DNA of 64,000 bases from Candidatus Nomurabacteria bacterium RIFCSPHIGHO2_02_40_30 (GCA_001785445.1 MFTV01000010.1:101566-165565), one strand, 5' to 3'; positions 48,863 to 59,084 are shown, numbered from the stretch's first letter. A program made the numbers and translations. The notes: a model not told the origin generated them from the letters alone.

Positions 48863-50044
48863 TTAAATTGAGCGTAAAATACCATTTTTGCCTATTAAAA
48901 TTTCACGTGGCAGTTCTCTGCTATTGTAGCGTGAAGCCATTACATAGCCATAAGCACCTGAATTTTTAATAGCCAGAACATCTCCGACCTTTGGTTTGCT
49001 GATCTTTCTGTCTCTGCCGAAAACATCTCCGGATTCACATATATTTCCGGCTACATCAACTTTTATAATTGCTCCTTTAATTTTGTTTGCATTTATGATT
49101 TCGTGATGAGAACCATACATGGCAGGACGAAGTAAATGATTAAAGCCTGTGTTTATTCCTACAAAAGTACGTTTTGGATTTGTTTTTATCTCGGTAACAT
49201 TGGCCAATAAGGTTCCTGCTTCAGCAACCAAGAATCTTCCGGGCTCTAGAATCATATTCAACTCTCGGCCGTATATTTTGGAAAAATTATTCATTTTTCT
49301 TGTCATTTCTTGTCCTAATAATTTTAAATTTAAATTTTTATCTTTCGGTAAATAAGGAATACCTAATCCCCCGCCGAAATCCAACGATTCCAGTTCGGAA
49401 AAATCTTTTGCCGTCTCAAGCAACTTATCGAAGGCTTTTAGTAAAATTTTACTATCCAGAACATTGGAACCAATATGCTGATGCAAGCTGACAATTTGTA
49501 ATTTATATTTTTTCGCCAATTTTTTAGCTTGTGACAAGTGTTCGAGAGGAATTCCAAACTTGCTCATAACTCCTCCGGTAATGACATGGCTATGGTGCCC
49601 AGCACCGATACCTTGATTTATGCGTATACCGATTTTGCCATTTGGATTCAACTTTCCATACAGCTCAATTTGTGACAAAGAATCCAGATTAACTTTAATG
49701 TTATTTTTTATCACAAAAACCATTTCTTCTTCGGTTACCGAACTCGAAGTATATAAAATATCTTTAGATTTAAAACCGACCTTCAGTGCTGAAGTTATTT
49801 CTCCCCTACTCACTGTTTCTATCTTTGCTCCCAAGTGTAGTAATAACTTCAAAATAGAAATATTTGTGTTTGCTTTGCAGGCATAGTGTATATGAAACTT
49901 GTGATATAGCATATTTTTTATTAATTCCAAATACCTTTGCCTGATAACATCAGCTTCGTAAACATATAAAGGTGTGCCAAATTTTTTGGCCAACGTAGTG
50001 GAAGAATACTTTCCAAAATATAATTTATTATTCTTAGTATGCAT
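48863..50044 (-). CDS. lysA: Diaminopimelate decarboxylase (fold-III PLP enzyme)
   Basis: PLP-lysine region 'YACKANTNISILKLL'; the 'GGGLGIP' and 'ESGD' motifs are consistent with alanine-racemase-fold decarboxylases. Sits in a lysine biosynthesis context. Confidence 0.75.
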   Translation of the reverse strand: MHTKNNKLYFGKYSSTTLAKKFGTPLYVYEADVIRQRYLELIKNMLYHKFHIHYACKANTNISILKLLLHLGAKIETVSRGEITSALKVGFKSKDILYTSSSVTEEEMVFVIKNNIKVNLDSLSQIELYGKLNPNGKIGIRINQGIGAGHHSHVITGGVMSKFGIPLEHLSQAKKLAKKYKLQIVSLHQHIGSNVLDSKILLKAFDKLLETAKDFSELESLDFGGGLGIPYLPKDKNLNLKLLGQEMTRKMNNFSKIYGRELNMILEPGRFLVAEAGTLLANVTEIKTNPKRTFVGINTGFNHLLRPAMYGSHHEIINANKIKGAIIKVDVAGNICESGDVFGRDRKISKPKVGDVLAIKNSGAYGYVMASRYNSRELPREILIGKNGILRSI

Positions 50045-50139
50045 ACTGCAAATATATCAGCCTTGTTTGTGAAAGTTAATTTTTTTAACGTTTATGTAAT
50101 AAATTAGACTTTTTGTAAAATCTGTGATATTATTAAACA

Positions 50140-50799
50140 ATGATAAAAATTCAGCCTATTGTAAGGAATATAGTTATGAGTGAGCTCGAAGCCTATGTGG
50201 CATTAACCAACGGCTACATGAATATGAGCAGTTATGCGCACAGAATACGTCCCCTAGTGGAAGAACATGCCAAAAAACAAGTAACCATTACCAGCCTCGT
50301 AGTTTCCTTATCGCGCCTGCGTAAAGAGTTTAAAAAAGAAAAGCCACTTATTCAAGAAGTTGTCATCGCTAATATCACTACCAAGCTGCCGCTGACAGAC
50401 ATTGTGTATGAAAATACTGACAGCATAATTAGCAAACTCGAGTCCTTTCATAAAAAAATTTCTATTTCACGTGAAGATTTTTTCACTACCACTATAAGTA
50501 CCACTGAACTCAATATTATTTGTTCATCGAACATTGCTGGCAAGGTATTAAAACATTTCGGCATCAAGCCAAAGTTCACTGCGCAGAATCTGGCGGCAGT
50601 CGGCATCTCATTCAGTGAAAAACAATTCACTATTCCAAATACACTTTTTTCTTTATATTCCGTCATCGCCCGAGCGCGTATCAACATCATTGAAGTGGTC
50701 TCGACATATACAGAACTAATTTTCATCATCGAAGAAAAAAACTTCAGCCAAACCGTAGCCCTATTTTCCGAACTGCACCGGAAAGTAAACAGAGAATAA
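50140..50799 (+). CDS. Stand-alone ACT-domain protein (aspartokinase regulatory-domain-like), paralog A
   Basis: C-terminal 'PNTLFSLYSVIARARINIIEVVSTYTELIFIIEEKNFSQTVALFSELH' fits the aspartokinase ACT pattern. About 60% identical to the 56572-57237 product. Confidence 0.5.
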   Translation: MIKIQPIVRNIVMSELEAYVALTNGYMNMSSYAHRIRPLVEEHAKKQVTITSLVVSLSRLRKEFKKEKPLIQEVVIANITTKLPLTDIVYENTDSIISKLESFHKKISISREDFFTTTISTTELNIICSSNIAGKVLKHFGIKPKFTAQNLAAVGISFSEKQFTIPNTLFSLYSVIARARINIIEVVSTYTELIFIIEEKNFSQTVALFSELHRKVNRE

Positions 50800-50945
50800 A
50801 ATCTACCATCTCGAACATATGTAAAAGATAGTAGATAGTTGTGAATTTACGCATATGCGTGATTTCACAACAAAAATGTTTAAGTATTACTAATACAATA
50901 GCAACGGCCGTGGTTATTGTGATAATAACAATAATATTAAATTAA

Positions 50946-51740
50946 TTAGACCACTTCCACTATACCGCTGAAAACGGACACGGCGGGGCCGCGCATGATT
51001 ATGTCGCCTTGTTCGTTTTCAGACATATATAATTTTCCGCCCGGTAATTCTATGATGAGTTCTACATCAGCGTTTTTATATTTCCTAGCTGCCGCGTACA
51101 CTGCGCAGGCTCCTGTACCACAGGCAAGAGTCGCCCCGCATCCCCTCTCCCAGACTTTTACTTTAAATTCGTTAGAACTTTTTTGCTCCACAAACTCAAC
51201 ATTTATTTTATTTGGAAAAATTTTATTGTTTTCTATCTTAGGACCCAGTGTAGGTAAGTCATATTTGTCCAAATCTTTTACAAAAGTTATGGCATGTGGG
51301 TTGCCGACAGAAACAAAATTAAAATCGAATCCTTCTAATTTTGTATTTTTATCCGGAAAATCTGTGTGCACAAAAACAGCTTTCCCCATATTTACCGAAA
51401 AAGTATGGTCATCATTATATTTTATTTCTTTTGTACCTGCGCGTGTATCTATTGTAAATTTAGTTTTATTTTTTGAAAAATTGTCTTTCAAAAATTTTGC
51501 TACACAGCGCACACCGTTTCCGCACATCTCGGCTAGTGTTCCATCAGAATTATAATAATTCATAAAGCAGTCCCCTTTTTCTGAAGATTCAACTAAAATA
51601 ACGCCATCACCTCCTATGCCTTTATTTCTGTCACAGAGAAAAATAATTTGCTCTTTTGATAAAACAATTTTCCCATTTATATTATCAATGACTACAAAGT
51701 CGTTCCCCAGTCCATGCATTTTTGTAAAGCCTATATTCAT
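50946..51740 (-). CDS. dapF: Diaminopimelate epimerase
   Basis: Motif 'FTKMHGLGNDFVVID' and two catalytic Cys regions. Confidence 0.85.
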   Translation of the reverse strand: MNIGFTKMHGLGNDFVVIDNINGKIVLSKEQIIFLCDRNKGIGGDGVILVESSEKGDCFMNYYNSDGTLAEMCGNGVRCVAKFLKDNFSKNKTKFTIDTRAGTKEIKYNDDHTFSVNMGKAVFVHTDFPDKNTKLEGFDFNFVSVGNPHAITFVKDLDKYDLPTLGPKIENNKIFPNKINVEFVEQKSSNEFKVKVWERGCGATLACGTGACAVYAAARKYKNADVELIIELPGGKLYMSENEQGDIIMRGPAVSVFSGIVEVV

Positions 51741-52639
51741 ATATGTATTAAAGTTCCTTCAGATTCTAAGTCCCAAAACGGCCTTACTTGCAGAGGAATT
51801 TTTTTCTCTTTTACTTCCCTTAAAGTTTTCGGATGTACCAAGCCAACAGCATTAAACTCCAAATGTTTTTCAAAATCGTCATAGGTTATAAAATCTATTT
51901 TTTGGACATTTTCATTGCCGGCTAGTTTGGGATTTTTGTCCATAACCCCCGGCACATCTTTCCAAAGAACTACTTTGCTCGCATTCATAAGATTGCCCAG
52001 AATCCCCGCAGTGTAGTCGCTACCCTCGCGTCCCAGAGTCGTCATGCCTTCTTCGCAAAAACCGATAAATCCCTCGGTGACAATGTTTTTATGCGTAATA
52101 AATATTTCTTCTTTTATTTGTACTTTTAGATTTTCATTGGTGGCTTTTTTATCAACATTCGCGATATTAAAATTCGAATCTGTCTTGAGGAAATCAGTCG
52201 CATGGACAAGCTTGTTTTTTATACCAACATGAGAAAGGTATTCGCTGGCAACCAAAGAGCTCAATATTTCCCCATAGGGAACAATTTGGTCATAAATAAA
52301 CTTTTTATCTTCGCCTCGCCCTATTAAATACAGTCTCTCTTGCATCTTTTTAAAAAGATCTTCAATTATGCCGAAGGTCACATGCCCCTCGGGAAAAAGA
52401 TCTCGCGCAATTTCCAAATGAAAAGCTTTTAATTCATGCATTATCTTGCTACTTTCATTGGTGTCTCCACTCGCATAATTATGTAATATTTTTTCTAAGT
52501 TGTTTGTGGTCTTGCCAAAAGCGGAAAATACATTCATGGAATTTCCATGAATGTGCTTCTCGAAAGTTTTCGGCAAATGTCTGATGGCTTTAGCACTACT
52601 CATAATTCCGCCACCAAATTTGTTTATAATTAAGGACAT
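51737..52639 (-). CDS. lysC: Aspartokinase, catalytic amino-acid-kinase domain only (no ACT domains)
   Basis: Motifs 'INKFGGGIMSS' and 'LGREGSDYTAG'. Ends '...EGTLIHI' where ACT domains normally begin. Start placed at 52639 (MSLIINKFGG) to avoid overlapping asd. Confidence 0.8.
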   Translation of the reverse strand: MSLIINKFGGGIMSSAKAIRHLPKTFEKHIHGNSMNVFSAFGKTTNNLEKILHNYASGDTNESSKIMHELKAFHLEIARDLFPEGHVTFGIIEDLFKKMQERLYLIGRGEDKKFIYDQIVPYGEILSSLVASEYLSHVGIKNKLVHATDFLKTDSNFNIANVDKKATNENLKVQIKEEIFITHKNIVTEGFIGFCEEGMTTLGREGSDYTAGILGNLMNASKVVLWKDVPGVMDKNPKLAGNENVQKIDFITYDDFEKHLEFNAVGLVHPKTLREVKEKKIPLQVRPFWDLESEGTLIHI

Positions 52640-52643
52640 AATT

Positions 52644-53651
52644 TTATATAAGGTTATTATTACACAAGTACTCGGCAATCTGCACTGCATTCGTGGCAGC
52701 GCCTTTGCGCAGATTGTCCGCCACGATCCACATATTTAGGGTTTTAGGATTTGATTCGTCACGGCGGAGCCTGCCGACAAAAACTTCATCCTTTCCTTCT
52801 GCATATATGGGCATGGGATATTTTAAATTCTGCACATCGTCTACAACCACAACTCCAGGCATTTCGGAAAGTAATGACCTTACTTTTTCCAGATCATATT
52901 CTTCTTTGAACTCCACATTCACTGACTCCGAATGCCCGCCGATAACTGGAATCCGAACAGCAGTGGTAGTTATACATATGCTTTCATCACCTAAAATTTT
53001 TCTGGTTTCATTTTCCATTTTCATTTCTTCTTTGGTGTAGCCGTTTGGAAGAAAAATGTCAACTTGGGGAATTAAATTTAAGTCAATCGGGTAGGCATAC
53101 GCCATCTCACCCTCTACTCCTCTCCTTTCATTCATGAGCTGGTCCACTGCGCCTTTCCCTGTACCGGTAACTGACTGATAGGTGGAGACAACTATTCTTT
53201 TTATTCCAAACTCTTTATGGAGCGGATAAAGCGCGAGAACCAATTGCGTCGTCGAACAATTCGGTTTGGCAATAATTTTGTCTTCTTTGGTTAAAATACT
53301 GCCATTTACCTCAGGTATTATAATTTTTTTAGAAGGATCCAGCCTCCACGCCGAAGAACTATCAATCACTATTGCGCCAGCTTCCACGAAAAATGGAGCC
53401 CACTCCAGAGATACTGCCGAACCAGCGGAAAAAAAAGCGATGTCCGGCTTCCCTGCTAGCGCATCTTCGATGGAGATGATTTTATGCGACACTCCGTTAA
53501 AAGTTATTTCTTTGCCAACTGATTTTTGGCTTGCTATTGGAAGCAACTCTGAAACAGGAAAATTTCTTTCTTCCAAGATTTTTAGTATAGTCCTGCCGAC
53601 AAGACCGGACGCTCCAATTATTGCAACTTTTTTCTTATTATTATTTAGCAT
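52644..53651 (-). CDS. asd: Aspartate-semialdehyde dehydrogenase
   Basis: Motif 'VAIIGASGLVGRTILKIL' and catalytic Cys region 'KPNCSTTQLVLAL'. Confidence 0.85.
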   Translation of the reverse strand: MLNNNKKKVAIIGASGLVGRTILKILEERNFPVSELLPIASQKSVGKEITFNGVSHKIISIEDALAGKPDIAFFSAGSAVSLEWAPFFVEAGAIVIDSSSAWRLDPSKKIIIPEVNGSILTKEDKIIAKPNCSTTQLVLALYPLHKEFGIKRIVVSTYQSVTGTGKGAVDQLMNERRGVEGEMAYAYPIDLNLIPQVDIFLPNGYTKEEMKMENETRKILGDESICITTTAVRIPVIGGHSESVNVEFKEEYDLEKVRSLLSEMPGVVVVDDVQNLKYPMPIYAEGKDEVFVGRLRRDESNPKTLNMWIVADNLRKGAATNAVQIAEYLCNNNLI

Positions 53652-54883
53652 TATAATTTTAAATTCTTTTGTATACTTTTAACCGCTTTTATTATATTTT
53701 CTCTGTGCCCGAAAGCAGTCAAACGCAAATAGCTCTCCCCTTCGGAGCCAAAACCAGAGCCGGGCGTACCCACAACATATGCTTCTTCCAATAATTTGTT
53801 AAAAAACTGCAAAGAACTTAAATTACGCGGAGTTTTAACCCAGATATATGGCGCATGTTCTCCGCCAAAAACTTTCAAGCCAAGTTTCTGTAAAGCTTTC
53901 TTTATGAGCATCGCATTTTTCATATAGTAACCAACTAAATTTTTACTTTCTTTTTGACCGGCAGGTGATAAAACCGCCAAGGCGCCTTCTTGAGATATAT
54001 TAGACGCTCCATTGAACATAGTGCCCTGCCGTCTGCTCCACAAACCGTTAACTATGCCTTTTTTTGTCTTTTCAATAACTAAATCCATCGGCACTACCGT
54101 CCACCCTAATCGCACACCCGTAAACCCCGCCCACTTGGAAAAACTATTAACTTCTATGGCGCACTTTTTGGCTCCGGGTATTTCGTAGATGCTTTTTGGT
54201 AAAGATTTGTTTGATATGTATTCGACGTAAGTGGCATCGAAAATTATTACCGCTTTGTTCTTTAGAGCATAATCTACAAAAGCTTTTAATTGCTTTCTTG
54301 TAGCGGCAGAGCCGGTAGGGTTATTGGGATTACAAAGATAAATTATATCCACTTTTTGTTTTGGAGGGTTTGGCACAAAATTATTTTTTTCATTACATGC
54401 CATATACACCAGGCCTTGATATTTTCCGTTGACGCATTTTCCAGTCCTACCTGATATAACCGCAGTATCTAAATATGCCGGATACACAGGGTCCGAAATT
54501 GCTACGACATTATTCAAACTAAATATTGACTGTATATTTGCCAAGTCTGTTTTGGCTCCATCATTGATAAAAATTTCTTGCATCCTCAAGCTAATGTTTC
54601 TTTTTTTATAAAAATTCACCAACGCAGTTAATAGTCTCAAATTCCCCTCTTTGCCTTCGGCGTCTTGGTAGCCTATATATGTTTTAACGTTCCCAAGCCT
54701 TTTTACTCCTTCGTGCAATCCTTTAATGACGGTAGGAGTTAAAGGCTCTGTGGTATCACCAACTCCGAGCTTTAGAACCTCTACACTGGGATTTTTTTTC
54801 ATAAACTCCTGCGTCAGTTTGGAAACCTCGCCAAATAAATATCCTTTTTGCAATTTATTGTAATTTTTATTAATGGTGGCCAT
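53651..54883 (-). CDS. dapL: LL-diaminopimelate aminotransferase
   Basis: Class I aminotransferase with N-terminal 'KLQKGYLFGEV', characteristic of DapL. PLP-lysine region 'SFSKWAGFTGVRLGW'. Confidence 0.7.
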   Translation of the reverse strand: MATINKNYNKLQKGYLFGEVSKLTQEFMKKNPSVEVLKLGVGDTTEPLTPTVIKGLHEGVKRLGNVKTYIGYQDAEGKEGNLRLLTALVNFYKKRNISLRMQEIFINDGAKTDLANIQSIFSLNNVVAISDPVYPAYLDTAVISGRTGKCVNGKYQGLVYMACNEKNNFVPNPPKQKVDIIYLCNPNNPTGSAATRKQLKAFVDYALKNKAVIIFDATYVEYISNKSLPKSIYEIPGAKKCAIEVNSFSKWAGFTGVRLGWTVVPMDLVIEKTKKGIVNGLWSRRQGTMFNGASNISQEGALAVLSPAGQKESKNLVGYYMKNAMLIKKALQKLGLKVFGGEHAPYIWVKTPRNLSSLQFFNKLLEEAYVVGTPGSGFGSEGESYLRLTAFGHRENIIKAVKSIQKNLKL

Positions 54884-54885
54884 TA

Positions 54886-55797
54886 TTATTTTATCAACTT
54901 TAACTCTTTCAAGACTTTCTCTATGATAGGCCTATTTTTTTCTTCGATAAAAGTTAACGGCAATCTGAAACTTTCTGTGATAAGCCCCATTTGGGCCAGA
55001 GCCGTCTTTACCGGAATGGGATTAGACTCGATAAAGTTAACATTCATCAAGTCAAGAAGTTTATAGTGTAATTTCTTTGCTTCTTCTAATTTACCTTTGA
55101 GAGCGCAGTGAATCATGTCAGAAAATAATTTTGGGGTCTCGTTACAGACCACAGAAATACAGCCTTTGCCTCCAAGAGCAATAAGAGGCAATGCCAAGGC
55201 ATCATCACCAGATAGAACGACAAAGTTTTTAAGATTTTTGGAACCGTTTTTTGCTTCGTTTATAATTTCCATCATCTGGTTTAATGAACCGGAGGCTTCT
55301 TTGACTGCTACAACTTTTGGCACTTCTCGCGCTATTTTGATAATAGCTCCCGGCTGTATATTAGAACCGGTTCTCCCGGGAACATTGTAAATAATGATAG
55401 GCAGATTCACAGCTTTTGAGATTGCTTTAAAGTGAAGCACCAGACCGGCAGGAGTCGGCTTGTTGTAGTAAGGCGTTACGTGAAGCAGACCGTCCACTCC
55501 GGCGGACTTGGCCAGCTTAGAAAAGTGAATCGCTTTTTTAGTATCATTGGAACCGGCTCCGGCAATGACCGGAATTCTTCCTGCAACTTTTTTTACTACT
55601 GTTTTTACAACAGTAATATATTCTTCATCGTTGAGCGTAGCTGCTTCTCCAGTGGAGCCGGCAACCACAATGCCATCCACTCCGCCTTTGAGCTGATATT
55701 CAACCAACTTCTCCAATGCCGGTAAATCCAAATCTCCATTTTTCTTAAATGGTGTGACTATTGCCGGAATTGAGCCAAAAAATTTTATTTTTTTCAT
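54886..55797 (-). CDS. dapA: 4-hydroxy-tetrahydrodipicolinate synthase
   Basis: Motif 'GSIPAIVTPF' and Schiff-base Lys region. Start placed at MKKIKFFG (55797), giving no overlap with dapB. Confidence 0.85.
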   Translation of the reverse strand: MKKIKFFGSIPAIVTPFKKNGDLDLPALEKLVEYQLKGGVDGIVVAGSTGEAATLNDEEYITVVKTVVKKVAGRIPVIAGAGSNDTKKAIHFSKLAKSAGVDGLLHVTPYYNKPTPAGLVLHFKAISKAVNLPIIIYNVPGRTGSNIQPGAIIKIAREVPKVVAVKEASGSLNQMMEIINEAKNGSKNLKNFVVLSGDDALALPLIALGGKGCISVVCNETPKLFSDMIHCALKGKLEEAKKLHYKLLDLMNVNFIESNPIPVKTALAQMGLITESFRLPLTFIEEKNRPIIEKVLKELKLIK

Positions 55798-55798
55798 T

Positions 55799-56476
55799 TT
55801 ATATTTTGAATAAATGTTCAAAAGGATACATCCCTTTTTTGTTACTAATAAATTTGGTAGCTAATAATGCCCCTTTGGCAAATCCCATTCTACTGTATGC
55901 TTGATGAGAAAATGTGATGCCATCAGCGACGCTGTCGAACACCACTTCGTGGAAACCTGGGTTTCTGCCCGCACGAATTGAAGTAAAGTTTAATCCATTG
56001 ACTTTGCTCGCAATTTTCAAGGCAGTACCGGAAGGACTGTCGAGCTTGGCTTTGTGGTGAACTTCCAGCCCATACACATCATAATCCGGAAATTTAGCAA
56101 AAAGCGAAGAGGCAAAATCCATTATCTTGAAAAATATATTTACTCCCACCGAAAAATTCGGACTGTAGACTAAACCTATTTTATTTTTGCTGACTAATTT
56201 TTTTACGGTATCCATTTTGTCATACCACCCAGTGGTGCCTATGACCATATTCACGCCGAGCTTTCCTACTTGCTCTATATTCTTTATAACCACATCCGGT
56301 GAAGTAAAGTCTATGGCAACATCTGCTTTTTTAATACCTTCTACGTCCAGCTTGTCATTTATATTTTTATAACTCACTGAAACCACTTCAAAATCTCGAG
56401 AATCTTCACATAGAGCATTCACTTCTTTACCCATTTTTCCAAAGCCAATTAAGGCAATTTTTATTCTACTTTTCAT
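55799..56476 (-). CDS. dapB: 4-hydroxy-tetrahydrodipicolinate reductase
   Basis: Motif 'IKIALIGFGKMGKEV' and 'EVHHKAKLDSPSGTA'. Confidence 0.8.
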   Translation of the reverse strand: MKSRIKIALIGFGKMGKEVNALCEDSRDFEVVSVSYKNINDKLDVEGIKKADVAIDFTSPDVVIKNIEQVGKLGVNMVIGTTGWYDKMDTVKKLVSKNKIGLVYSPNFSVGVNIFFKIMDFASSLFAKFPDYDVYGLEVHHKAKLDSPSGTALKIASKVNGLNFTSIRAGRNPGFHEVVFDSVADGITFSHQAYSRMGFAKGALLATKFISNKKGMYPFEHLFKI

Positions 56477-56571
56477 TTATATATAGGATAACAAGTATAT
56501 TAGTAGAAGTTAAATTTTTTAACATTAACACTGTTATTGCAACTTTTTGTTAAATCTATTAGAATATCAGC

Positions 56572-57237
56572 ATGATAAAAATACAGTCAGCTGTGCGAGA
56601 TATAGTGCTAGAAGAAATAGAGGCTTATTTTGCCCTAACCAACGGCTACATGAATATGAGCAGTTATGCGTACCGGATAAAGTCAAAGGTAGAGTTACTC
56701 ACAAAAAAGCACACAACTATAGCGAGTTTGGTGGTTTCCCTCTCCCGCCTTGCGAAAGAACTGAAAAAAGAGAGACCGCTGATACATAAAGTAGCAATAA
56801 AAAATATTACTACCAAACTTCCACTCACGGAGATAGCTTATGAAAATAGTACCAAATTCATTGAGAAGTTGGAATCATTGCATAAAAATATTTCTGTATC
56901 TGCAGAAGACTTTTTTACTACAACTATTGGCACCACAGAAATCGATATTATTTGCTCGTCTAATCTGGAGGCTAAAATTTTGAAACATTTCACTATGAAA
57001 CCGAAGTGGGTAAACCATAACTTTGCCGCCATCGGAGTTTCTTACGGTCCGGAAGTTTTCGGCACTCCAAATGTTTTTTTCTCCCTTCTCTCGGTAACTG
57101 CTCGCGCCCGCATCAACATAGAAGAGCTGGTCTCCACGCCCACCGAGCTCATCTTCATCGTGGCCGAAGCTGACTTCGGCAGAACCGTGGCTCTGTTTTC
57201 AGAGTTGCACAGAGAAGTAAACAATGATAACCTATAA
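56572..57237 (+). CDS. Stand-alone ACT-domain protein (aspartokinase regulatory-domain-like), paralog B
   Basis: Same architecture as the 50140-50799 product. Shares an identical 34-nt stretch 'aaccaacggctacatgaatatgagcagttatgcg'. Confidence 0.5.
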   Translation: MIKIQSAVRDIVLEEIEAYFALTNGYMNMSSYAYRIKSKVELLTKKHTTIASLVVSLSRLAKELKKERPLIHKVAIKNITTKLPLTEIAYENSTKFIEKLESLHKNISVSAEDFFTTTIGTTEIDIICSSNLEAKILKHFTMKPKWVNHNFAAIGVSYGPEVFGTPNVFFSLLSVTARARINIEELVSTPTELIFIVAEADFGRTVALFSELHREVNNDNL

Positions 57238-57242
57238 TTTAT

Positions 57243-57476
57243 ATGGCAAAAACAGTAATAGAAATTAGGAAGAAACCAAACGAAAACAACGCCAGTATTT
57301 TGCGCCGTTTTTCTCGCAGAATTCAGGAATCCGGAATTATTCGCAACGTGAAAAGCGCTCGCTACAACGTCAGAAAAGAATCCAAACTAAAAGTGAAAAA
57401 CAGCGCCCTAAAAAGAATGGCCAGGAGATATGAAATAGAGAAACTCAAGAAGCTCGGCAAGATGGCAACCAAGTAG
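57243..57476 (+). CDS. rpsU: 30S ribosomal protein S21
   Basis: 77 aa, basic, pattern 'LRRFSRRIQESGI...ARYNVRKESKLK...ALKRMARR' typical of S21. Confidence 0.7.
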   Translation: MAKTVIEIRKKPNENNASILRRFSRRIQESGIIRNVKSARYNVRKESKLKVKNSALKRMARRYEIEKLKKLGKMATK

Positions 57477-57480
57477 TAAT

Positions 57481-57891
57481 ATGTTTGATAAAGTCAAAAA
57501 TGACATCTTGGGCAAAGATTATGACCTTTCTATAGCATTTGTTAGTGAAAAAAAATCTAGAGAACTAAATAAAAAATGGAGATATAAAGACAAGGCGACT
57601 AATGTCTTGTCTTTCTCTTTACGTAAAGACACGGGGGAGCTTGTGTTATGCAACGCTGTAATTAAAAAGGAAACAAAAAAGTTCGACAAAACTTTTCCGC
57701 AATTAGTCGGTTTTTTAGTTATCCACGGCATGCTTCATTTGAAAGGTATGCGACATAGTAGTACAATGGAGAGAGCAGAAAAAAAATACTGTAAAAAATA
57801 TGGTAAGAAATATTTCAGTAGGAATAGACGTGGGCTCCGGAACGACGAGAGTCGTAGTGGGAGAGTTCGTAAAAGGAGAAAAAAATCCTAA
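57481..57891 (+). CDS. ybeY: Endoribonuclease YbeY (rRNA maturation factor)
   Basis: Zn motif 'HGMLHLKGMRH'. The basic C-terminal tail overlaps the ftsA start by 92 nt. Confidence 0.7.
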   Translation: MFDKVKNDILGKDYDLSIAFVSEKKSRELNKKWRYKDKATNVLSFSLRKDTGELVLCNAVIKKETKKFDKTFPQLVGFLVIHGMLHLKGMRHSSTMERAEKKYCKKYGKKYFSRNRRGLRNDESRSGRVRKRRKKS

Positions 57892-58960
57892 AATTATTGG
57901 CGTGGGCGAGGCTGAAACTTCGGGACTGCGACATGGCTATGTGATTGACGCAAATTCCGCATTAATTTCAATAAAAAATGCGGTGGCAAATGCAGAGAAA
58001 ACTTCTGGAATAAAAATAAAGCGAGCATTTGTCAGTGTCAGTGGCAGTACCCTGCGGGGAGAAACTGGCTCCGGTGGAGTTATCATATCCAAGGCTGACG
58101 GCGAGGTAACTACCCTTGACATAAACAAAGCATTGGAAGATTGTGAAAACAACTTAAATTTGGGAAATAAGAAAGTTATTCATGTCTACCCTGTTTCCTT
58201 CCGACTTGACGGTAAAGAGGTGCTGGGCCGACTAGAAGGCATGCGTGGCACCAGGCTTGAAGTAAAAGCTCTTTTTGTTACTTATTCTATCCAGCACTTG
58301 GAAGACTTAATAGCGGTAATTGCCGAAGCTGGAGTGGAAACCATAGACGTCATCGCCTCCCCTGTAGCGCTCGCTAACATAGCTTTAACGGAAAAACAGA
58401 AAATAGTGGGAGTGGCGCTGGTTGATATCGGAGAGGAGACAACGTCACTTTCTGTTTTTGAAAATGGAAAATTGATATCAATTTTTACTTTTTCTATAGG
58501 CTCAACGGATATTACGAATGATATTGCTTTGGGATTTAAAATTCCACTTGATGTAGCCGAAAAATTAAAACGCGGAGATAATGCCGAAGAATTTTCAAAG
58601 AAAAAATTAGATGAGTTTATCGAGGCACGCTTGTCTGATATTTTTGAATTGATAGAAAATCATTTAAAAAAGATAAAGAGATCGGGGCTATTACCGGCCG
58701 GTATCATCTTTGTCGGTGGCGGCGCGAATGTAAGAGGGCTGGTAGAGTTGTCAAAAATGGTGCTGAAACTCCCCTCTGCCATGGGAACAAGTGAGATTTT
58801 CAGTAATTCGAAAACCAAGCTTCGTGACTGTTCTTGGTTTACTGTTCTGGGGCTTTTAGCATCCAAAGACAATGACGGCTATTCTGAAAATTCATTTGTT
58901 AACTTTTATAAAGATCTAAAAAATGCACTAAAATCAAGCATAAAACAGCTACTGCCGTAG
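57800..58960 (+). CDS. ftsA: Cell division protein FtsA
   Basis: Actin-fold N-terminus 'ISVGIDVGSGTTRVVVGE' and later 'IIFVGGGANVRGL'. Confidence 0.85.
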   Translation: MVRNISVGIDVGSGTTRVVVGEFVKGEKNPKIIGVGEAETSGLRHGYVIDANSALISIKNAVANAEKTSGIKIKRAFVSVSGSTLRGETGSGGVIISKADGEVTTLDINKALEDCENNLNLGNKKVIHVYPVSFRLDGKEVLGRLEGMRGTRLEVKALFVTYSIQHLEDLIAVIAEAGVETIDVIASPVALANIALTEKQKIVGVALVDIGEETTSLSVFENGKLISIFTFSIGSTDITNDIALGFKIPLDVAEKLKRGDNAEEFSKKKLDEFIEARLSDIFELIENHLKKIKRSGLLPAGIIFVGGGANVRGLVELSKMVLKLPSAMGTSEIFSNSKTKLRDCSWFTVLGLLASKDNDGYSENSFVNFYKDLKNALKSSIKQLLP

Positions 58961-59084
58961 CTTCGCTAGTTTTCAACTTTTAATTTTTAATTTTTAAAAA
59001 GCAGATAATTTGCTTTTTTTTGCTCTAGTGCTAGTATGTCTCCTATAAAGTCATATACATATTATCAATTATAAGAACACATTT

